From positions 1,856,001-1,920,000 of the forward strand of contig CBDAON010000004.1 of assembly GCA_965198065.1 (NCBI GenBank): DNA of 64,000 nucleotides, read 5' to 3'. The position numbers and the translations under genes are program-made. The stretch is from Longimicrobiales bacterium (GTDB taxonomy: Bacteria; Gemmatimonadota; Gemmatimonadetes; Longimicrobiales; Gaopeijiaceae). Of this stretch, positions 58,562 to 64,000 are shown in pieces (position 1 is the first letter of the stretch; the number at the start of each line of letters is the position of its first letter). The notes beneath the pieces are model-generated. The model was not told where the DNA came from and ran no database searches. It saw nothing but the letters and a program-made list of their open reading frames with translations.

Positions 58562-59620
58562 TCAGCTCGCGGGAGGAAGGGGACGGGCCACCATGATCCC
58601 GCTCTGGGTAGCGATGCCCTGGATCCTCTCCGCCAGAGGCAGAACCGAGATCTCGACGGAGTCGCCCACGAGCGGGGCATGGAGCAGGTGGATCCGGCCC
58701 TGGTGGAGGATCGCGATCCCCGTGTGCGCGATGTCCAGCCCGTCCACGGTGCTCACGGCCGCGATGATGTCACCCGTCCGGATCTCGTCCTCGACCTCGG
58801 CGATGCGATCGGCGGGGACCGCGTAGCGCGGCTCGCCTCGGAGCCGGGCCTCTGCCACTTGAATGGCGGCCAGGTGGCCAGGGTCCTCGCCCAGCTGACG
58901 GTACGCGTCGGGGTGAGCGCTCATGTAGCGGATCGACCGCGTGTCCGGCGCTCCCCCGAGGCTTCTCGTGAGGTCCTCTGCGAGTCCTTTGGCCTCCGCG
59001 TTCCGTATCCACTCCGAGAAGTAATGGAGCCGGCTCGGGTACCCCGACAGGATGCCGTCTCGGTACCGCACTCGGGTCAGCTCAGCCCGATACAGCTCGC
59101 GGAAGCGCTCGGCGTCCGCGATCGCCTGAGCCGGTGCCGCGAGCGTCAAGCGAGCGAGGACCAGGACGTGCTCGACAAGGGTCACGCAGTCGAAGGCACG
59201 CAGGTTCACTACCAGGCGCTCCGGCCCCGGGAGCTCGAGGGAGCCGGGAACGTAGGGGGAGCCCACGAACGTCGCGGCGAGCATAGCCATGACGTCGCCG
59301 ATGGGGAGGCGCTCGAGGCCTCTGGTCCTCGCCCACTCCACCGTCCCGAGCGCGATGGCCCAGTCGCGCTCCGTCTCGTGGCGGTCGGCGTCGTCGGACT
59401 CGAGCGGTGGAAGGTCCACCAGAACCGGTCCCGCGTATGTGAACCCGGCCGTCTCGGTCGCGTCGAGATCCGTGGCCGTCACGTACTCGGGAATGGGCGA
59501 GGGACCAGGCGCGGCCGGCCGATCGGGGCTCCCCGCTTCGCGGGAAGTCTGGGGCTCGCAACCGGCGAGGGCCCACCCGAGAACGACGGCCGGGAGAGCC
59601 AGTCGGAGGGCTCCGCGCAT
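58562..59620 (-). CDS. DUF1460 (NlpC/P60-like amidase) lipoprotein
   Basis: Lipobox LAGC; GSPY, FDCVTLVE, RYRDG, SRLHYFSEW, GLDIAHTG, LLHA. Confidence 0.88.
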   Translation of the reverse strand: MRGALRLALPAVVLGWALAGCEPQTSREAGSPDRPAAPGPSPIPEYVTATDLDATETAGFTYAGPVLVDLPPLESDDADRHETERDWAIALGTVEWARTRGLERLPIGDVMAMLAATFVGSPYVPGSLELPGPERLVVNLRAFDCVTLVEHVLVLARLTLAAPAQAIADAERFRELYRAELTRVRYRDGILSGYPSRLHYFSEWIRNAEAKGLAEDLTRSLGGAPDTRSIRYMSAHPDAYRQLGEDPGHLAAIQVAEARLRGEPRYAVPADRIAEVEDEIRTGDIIAAVSTVDGLDIAHTGIAILHQGRIHLLHAPLVGDSVEISVLPLAERIQGIATQSGIMVARPLPPAS

Positions 59621-59623
59621 CGA

Positions 59624-59677
59624 TCGGCTCACGGGTCGAAGTCGGATCACGGCTCGAAGTCCGCTCATGGCTCGAAG
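59624..59677. repeat. Three imperfect 18-bp tandem repeats at the 5' end of the DUF1460 gene
   Basis: tcggctcacgggtcgaag / tcggatcacggctcgaag / tccgctcatggctcgaag. Confidence 0.85.
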
Positions 59678-59816
59678 TTGGATGAAACGCGGGCGCGCGG
59701 GCAAGGCCTGCCCGGAAGACCTCGCCGCAGCCTCGCACTTCCGTCGAGCTGCGGGGTACGGCGGCGTTCAGTTGACGTGTTCAGTTCCTTGTTCGGTTAC
59801 TCACTTGGGAGGAACG

Positions 59817-60263
59817 ATGCCGTACCCAGAGCAACTTGTGGCCCCGATGCGGCAGGAGCTGGTGCGTACAGGATTTCGCGAGCTTCGCACGGCGGCGGAG
59901 GTAGACGAGGTTCTCCAGGGATCCACGGACCCGGCCCTGGTGGTGGTGAATTCGGTGTGCGGCTGCGCGGCGGGCTCGCTTCGCCCGGCCGTGGCGCTGT
60001 CCCTCATGGGTGAGACCGGCCCGCCGGTGCTCACGACGGTCTTTGCCGGTCAGGACCTCGAGGCCACCGCTCGGGCGCGTGAGTACTTCACGGGGTACCC
60101 TCCGTCCTCCCCGAGCGTGGCCATCCTGAAGGACGGAGAGGTCCTGTGGATGATGGAGCGCCACGAGATCGAGGGTCGCCCGCCCCAAGTCATCGCGGAG
60201 CAGCTCTCGAGGGCGTATCTGACGCACTGCGTCACCGAATCTCCTCGGGCACGGGAATCGTAG
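59817..60263 (+). CDS. BrxA/BrxB family bacilliredoxin
   Basis: VVNSVCGCAAG, TVFAGQD, PPSSPS, RHEIEGR. Confidence 0.92.
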   Translation: MPYPEQLVAPMRQELVRTGFRELRTAAEVDEVLQGSTDPALVVVNSVCGCAAGSLRPAVALSLMGETGPPVLTTVFAGQDLEATARAREYFTGYPPSSPSVAILKDGEVLWMMERHEIEGRPPQVIAEQLSRAYLTHCVTESPRARES

Positions 60264-60309
60264 GTCAGAGGAGCGGTCTCGAGGCGACTCTTGGAATAGG
60301 AGCGGGAGC

Positions 60310-60699
60310 ATGGACGAGGAGAAGAAAGTCCACCAGGACCGCCTCCAGGCGGTGATCGAGGAGCTGGAGGCGAGGATCCGGGACCTCATCTCCCGTGCCA
60401 GGCGAGCTGAGGCCGATCTCCGTCGCCGGTTCGAGGGAGAGGAGTCCGAGCTCCGCGCCAAGCTTGACGAGGCGCGAGCTCGCTTCAAGGAGGTTCGTGA
60501 GGCCTCCGAGGAAGGGTGGGAGGAGGTGAGGGCCGGAGCGGAAAAGATATGGACCGACGTCCGCGATGCGTGGGAGAGGAGCGGTAGCGGGGCCGACGGT
60601 CTGGACGGACACGAGGGCCCACCGCCTCCGCGCGAGGGAGAGGGGGATTCGGGCGAGGGAGAGGGGAGCTCGAGGGAGGGACCCTCCGCCGGAGCCTAG
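60310..60699 (+). CDS. Coiled-coil hypothetical protein
   Basis: GGGAG RBS; charged helical sequence, ASEEGWEEVRAGAEKIW. Confidence 0.75.
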   Translation: MDEEKKVHQDRLQAVIEELEARIRDLISRARRAEADLRRRFEGEESELRAKLDEARARFKEVREASEEGWEEVRAGAEKIWTDVRDAWERSGSGADGLDGHEGPPPPREGEGDSGEGEGSSREGPSAGA

Positions 60700-61418
60700 C
60701 GGCTTCGTGCACGCCGCTGTCCGCGCTTTCGCTGGCGTGCCTGGTGATCTGTCTCGCCGGGTAGGCGTACTCGAACGTCCACCCCACCCATCAGCGCGAA
60801 ACCCGAGATCCTGAGCACGGGTGATCCTTCGTCCGGAGGTGCGATCGGCTCGGCGTCGTCCGTGAACCCTCCCATAACTGCAAATCCCGAGGTCTCCACG
60901 TGAACCCCGGGGGGCACCAGGATGCCCACGCCCCCCATGACGGCGAGCACGTGGAGCTCGGTGACCGCCGAGCCGAACATCGCCTCGCGGAAGTCCAGGT
61001 CGACTCCCCCCATACAGGCGATGGCTGTGATCCTTCGAGCCGGAATCCACCGGCCCCTCCGCGAGCGCCCGCTGCAGAAGGCGACGGTGAACTGGCGATC
61101 GGGAACGCGAGAGGAATCGACGACGCCGTAAGAGCTCCCGGGTTGGGGGAACAGCTCCGGCTCGCTCACGGTCAAACGACCTGCCGTGTCCCCGCCGCCG
61201 ACGGCATCCGGCGCCACGGGCAAGCCGGCGAGAAGGCTCGCGAGGTCCGCGTCGGACCGAGCCCGGGCCGCCCTGTCGAGCCTTTCCTCGAGCTGGGTCA
61301 GACCGATCCTGTCCTGAGCGAAGGCCTCACACAGCTCGTCGACTACGCGGCGGCGACGAGCCGGCGTCGGTCCTCCTCCCTGCACCGGATGCGGTCCGGT
61401 CCCCCGGTTCTCAGCCAT
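60696..61418 (-). CDS. DUF1707 plus LiaF-like C-terminal domain protein
   Basis: ELCEAFAQDRI..LEERLDRA; MGGVDLDFREA, VMGGVGILVPPG, GFALMGGVDV. Confidence 0.85.
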   Translation of the reverse strand: MAENRGTGPHPVQGGGPTPARRRRVVDELCEAFAQDRIGLTQLEERLDRAARARSDADLASLLAGLPVAPDAVGGGDTAGRLTVSEPELFPQPGSSYGVVDSSRVPDRQFTVAFCSGRSRRGRWIPARRITAIACMGGVDLDFREAMFGSAVTELHVLAVMGGVGILVPPGVHVETSGFAVMGGFTDDAEPIAPPDEGSPVLRISGFALMGGVDVRVRLPGETDHQARQRKRGQRRARSR

Positions 61419-61743
61419 GGCGGTGGCATCGAGTGTACGGTTTTCCCTGTCGTGCTGCACTCTTTTCCGCGGTCCTGCTCGAAAAACCGAGTGCCGCACC
61501 GCTCGGCTCACGCTCACCTGCGCCCGCGCGACGACCCCGGGAGCACCGGTCCGACCCCTGATCGTGAGCCGGAAGGGGCGTTTACGCCCCCCTCTCGAGA
61601 GGGCGCGACCGTGAGCAGCCCGGGCGCCCGCGCTTTTCCGCTCGATGGTACAAAACGTGCAGCATCGGGGTACCGATTAGAGTCGGTCGCTCGGCACGGG
61701 TCCGAGCCGGGTGGCCCGCTGACACGTCACGAGGAGCGAGTTG

Positions 61744-61941
61744 ATGCGTCCAAGCTTGTTCGCGTATGTCGCAGGCGCCGTCGTGCTTACCGCGGGTGCG
61801 GTTCTCGTCCGCCTTCTTCGCTCGCCGGTTCCCGAGATCGGGCGGAGCGAGCCGCGGAAGTCTCTGACCGAGACGTTGATTCCGCGGCCGTCGGAGTGGG
61901 AGAGCCTCCCGCAGCGTCTCAGGGAGCAGGGCCTACAGTAG
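61744..61941 (+). CDS. Small hypothetical membrane-anchored protein
   Basis: GAGGAG RBS; single hydrophobic helix. Confidence 0.5.
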   Translation: MRPSLFAYVAGAVVLTAGAVLVRLLRSPVPEIGRSEPRKSLTETLIPRPSEWESLPQRLREQGLQ

Positions 61942-61994
61942 GCTTCCCCCACGATACTGGTCGACTGGGGGCCGACGGGTCTCGTGCCGCGGTC

Positions 61995-62720
61995 TCACTC
62001 GAACCGCCGCCGGTCCCTCCCCACGCGGCGGGTCCACCACGAGAGGCGGCGCTCCAGGATCGGGTGGGCGAGGGGAGCAAGCGGCGCGAGCACGTCCTCC
62101 GCGAGTTGGCGGGCGCGCACCCGCTCGGCGCGTGACTCCCAGAGGTGCGCGTGGCGGAGGTGATCCAGGGCCTCGGCCAGCGTCAGCCGGAGGACCGCTG
62201 GTGCCTCCGAGGCGAGCCGCTCCCGGAGCTCCCCGTCCGCCGGCGTTCCCGTTCCGAACCAGTCCAGCTCGGGTAGGGCGTCCCACAGCTCGAGGGCCGC
62301 GTCGGGGGTCCAGCTCCCGCCGGGAGCGTCCTCGACGCCGCTTCGCCGGGAGCGACCGCCCTCATTGGACGGCTCCGACCAGGCCGATCCCAAGAGAAGC
62401 TCCCGGACGGCCCCCCGCCCGACTCTGAGCCGGAGGTCCCGACTCTCGGCCAGGGCCCCGACCGCCAGGGTCCGCGCGTCGGTCTCCGCCAGGTCCTCTA
62501 GGAGGATGAGGACGGTGCGACCCGGATGGAGGAATGCGGGGTGACGCTCCGAGGGAAGGGGGGACGCGCCTGCCACGCGAGGGCGCATGGCGGTATGGAG
62601 CGCCCCTTCCAATAGCCGCACTCGCTCACCCGGCACGCCCGCTCGCCGTGCCGCGAGCCTGACCCTGCTCAGCATTTGCTGAGCGCGTCCAGCCTCGTCT
62701 GGATCGGGGCCCCAGTTCAT
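61995..62720 (-). CDS. Hypothetical protein, degenerate HD-domain-like
   Basis: HPAFLHPGRTVLIL, AEALDHLRHAHL. Confidence 0.6.
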   Translation of the reverse strand: MNWGPDPDEAGRAQQMLSRVRLAARRAGVPGERVRLLEGALHTAMRPRVAGASPLPSERHPAFLHPGRTVLILLEDLAETDARTLAVGALAESRDLRLRVGRGAVRELLLGSAWSEPSNEGGRSRRSGVEDAPGGSWTPDAALELWDALPELDWFGTGTPADGELRERLASEAPAVLRLTLAEALDHLRHAHLWESRAERVRARQLAEDVLAPLAPLAHPILERRLSWWTRRVGRDRRRFE

Positions 62721-62769
62721 CGGGGTCGCGGAAAGGGCCCGTCCCCGGCCGACGCAGGGTCTTCTCGGT

Positions 62770-63645
62770 TCACGAATCGACTCGGGAGCTCAGGTGCCTC
62801 TCGAAGTGACGCCGGGTGGCGAGCAGGGCCTGGTTCAGGGCTGGCGTCGTTCCTGCGAACGGGTGCCGTGCCTCAAACGTGTGCCCGGCGTCCTGGATGA
62901 TCTCCAAGCGCGCCCGTGGGTTCGCGCCAATGAGGCGATGGGCCTCCGTCACGGGAACCGTGGTGTCGGCTTCGCCGTGCACGACGAGCCACGGCAGCGT
63001 CACGTGGGCGGAGGCGCGCTCGACGTCCAGCCGCCTTCGATGGGTCTCGAAATCCTCCAGCAGGCTCACGTCGAGAGGCATGTGCTGGCCGGTTCGCTGG
63101 TTCATCACGTGTATTCGGCCGCTCGCTCGCCACTCGGCGCGCGTCTCCTCGCTCCATCGGTCAAAGCTCGCGAGCGCGCCCCAGGTGACGAGCGCGTGGA
63201 CGGCCTCCGGGGCACGGAGCCGCTCCCGGGCCGCCAGGACGGCAATGGCCCCGCCACGCGAATGGCCCAGCAGGCCGACTCGGCGAACCGGCCGGGGCAG
63301 GAGGGATCCCTCGCGGACCTCATCGATGACGCGTAGGAGCTCACCGAGCTCGGCGCTGAACGTGTTCCTCGCGAAGTCGTCAAGACGCCCGAAGGTCTCG
63401 CCGTCGTCTGAAATCCCGTTCAGAGAGAAGTTGAATGAGACGACCGCATGTCCCTCGGCGGCTAGGGACTCCGAGACGTGGGGAAAGAAGCCCCAATCCT
63501 TGAATCCCTTGAAGCCGTGCACGACCAGCACCGCGCTTCGTGGCGGTGGCCCCTCGGGGATCCGGACATCGCCGCGGACGGAGCGGCCTGGCTCGATCGG
63601 GAGGACGAAGGTCCGAAGGATCAACTGGGGCCGTCCTTCCGCCAC
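62770..63645 (-). CDS. Alpha/beta hydrolase
   Basis: HGFKGFKDWGFF, GHSRGG, HGEADTTV, AGHTF. Confidence 0.9.
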   Translation of the reverse strand: MAEGRPQLILRTFVLPIEPGRSVRGDVRIPEGPPPRSAVLVVHGFKGFKDWGFFPHVSESLAAEGHAVVSFNFSLNGISDDGETFGRLDDFARNTFSAELGELLRVIDEVREGSLLPRPVRRVGLLGHSRGGAIAVLAARERLRAPEAVHALVTWGALASFDRWSEETRAEWRASGRIHVMNQRTGQHMPLDVSLLEDFETHRRRLDVERASAHVTLPWLVVHGEADTTVPVTEAHRLIGANPRARLEIIQDAGHTFEARHPFAGTTPALNQALLATRRHFERHLSSRVDS

Positions 63646-64000
63646 TCCACGTCCGCGGTGCCGGTCTCGAGGCTCTCCACCCTGGCCAGGACGAAGAGGA
63701 GGTCAGACAGGCGATTCAGGTAGCGGGCCGCGAACGCGGCACCGGGGTCGCCCTCCGCCCCAAGAGAGACGATCGCCCTCTCGGCCCGCCGGCAGACGGT
63801 GCGGCAGACGTGCAGCTCGGCCGCGCCACGCCTACCGCAGGGAAGGATGAAGGATCGCAGCGGCATGAGGCGTGCTTCCGCCTCGTCCATCCAGCTCTCC
63901 ATTTCGCCGATTCGCGCTTCTGGAAGGGGCGGGAGTTCCGGAGCCCTTCGTCCCTCCAGTGCTGGCGGAGTCGCGAGATGTGCGCCGATGGAGAACAGGT
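63621..64000 (-). CDS. PduO-type ATP:cob(I)alamin adenosyltransferase, 5' end outside the window
   Basis: LFSIGAHLATP, FILP, LHVCRTVCRRAER, YLNRLSDLLFVLAR. Confidence 0.92.
   Translation of the reverse strand, partial: LFSIGAHLATPPALEGRRAPELPPLPEARIGEMESWMDEAEARLMPLRSFILPCGRRGAAELHVCRTVCRRAERAIVSLGAEGDPGAAFAARYLNRLSDLLFVLARVESLETGTADVEWRKDGPS

Overview
GC-rich bacterial chromosome segment. Gene content (TonB starting ...MFGNLLAS, two ExbD copies, DUF5916 and beta-propeller secreted proteins, an 'IHRRSLWQVL' TolB/TPR protein) suggests Gemmatimonadota; this is inference, as no marker rRNA is present. All family assignments come from motif recognition, not database searches. The left arm (1-17 kb) carries prpD, two DUF4159 paralogs around a VOC gene, a split B12-dependent acyl-CoA mutase with its MeaB GTPase, a TPR protein, a cyclophilin, tonB-exbB-exbD-exbD and mscS. 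The mutase active-site residues point to isobutyryl-CoA rather than methylmalonyl-CoA mutase. The right arm (40.4-64 kb) carries tRNA-Glu, tRNA-Val, ligA, dacB, a sufCBD-Rieske-sufSU operon behind a Fur-like box, a fadI-like thiolase, a bacilliredoxin and a PduO-type adenosyltransferase. Between them (about 17.4-40.3 kb) lies an accessory region downstream of tRNA-Val. It contains three direct copies of the 3' half of tRNA-Arg(CCG), but I found no intact tRNA-Arg and no integrase. These copies bound cassette-like cargo units, and one truncates a gene at the anticodon loop. The region also holds gene shards, an exact 37-nt inverted copy of a cyclase-gene segment 13 kb away, an RHH-DUF433-PIN module and a dense cluster of frameshifts.
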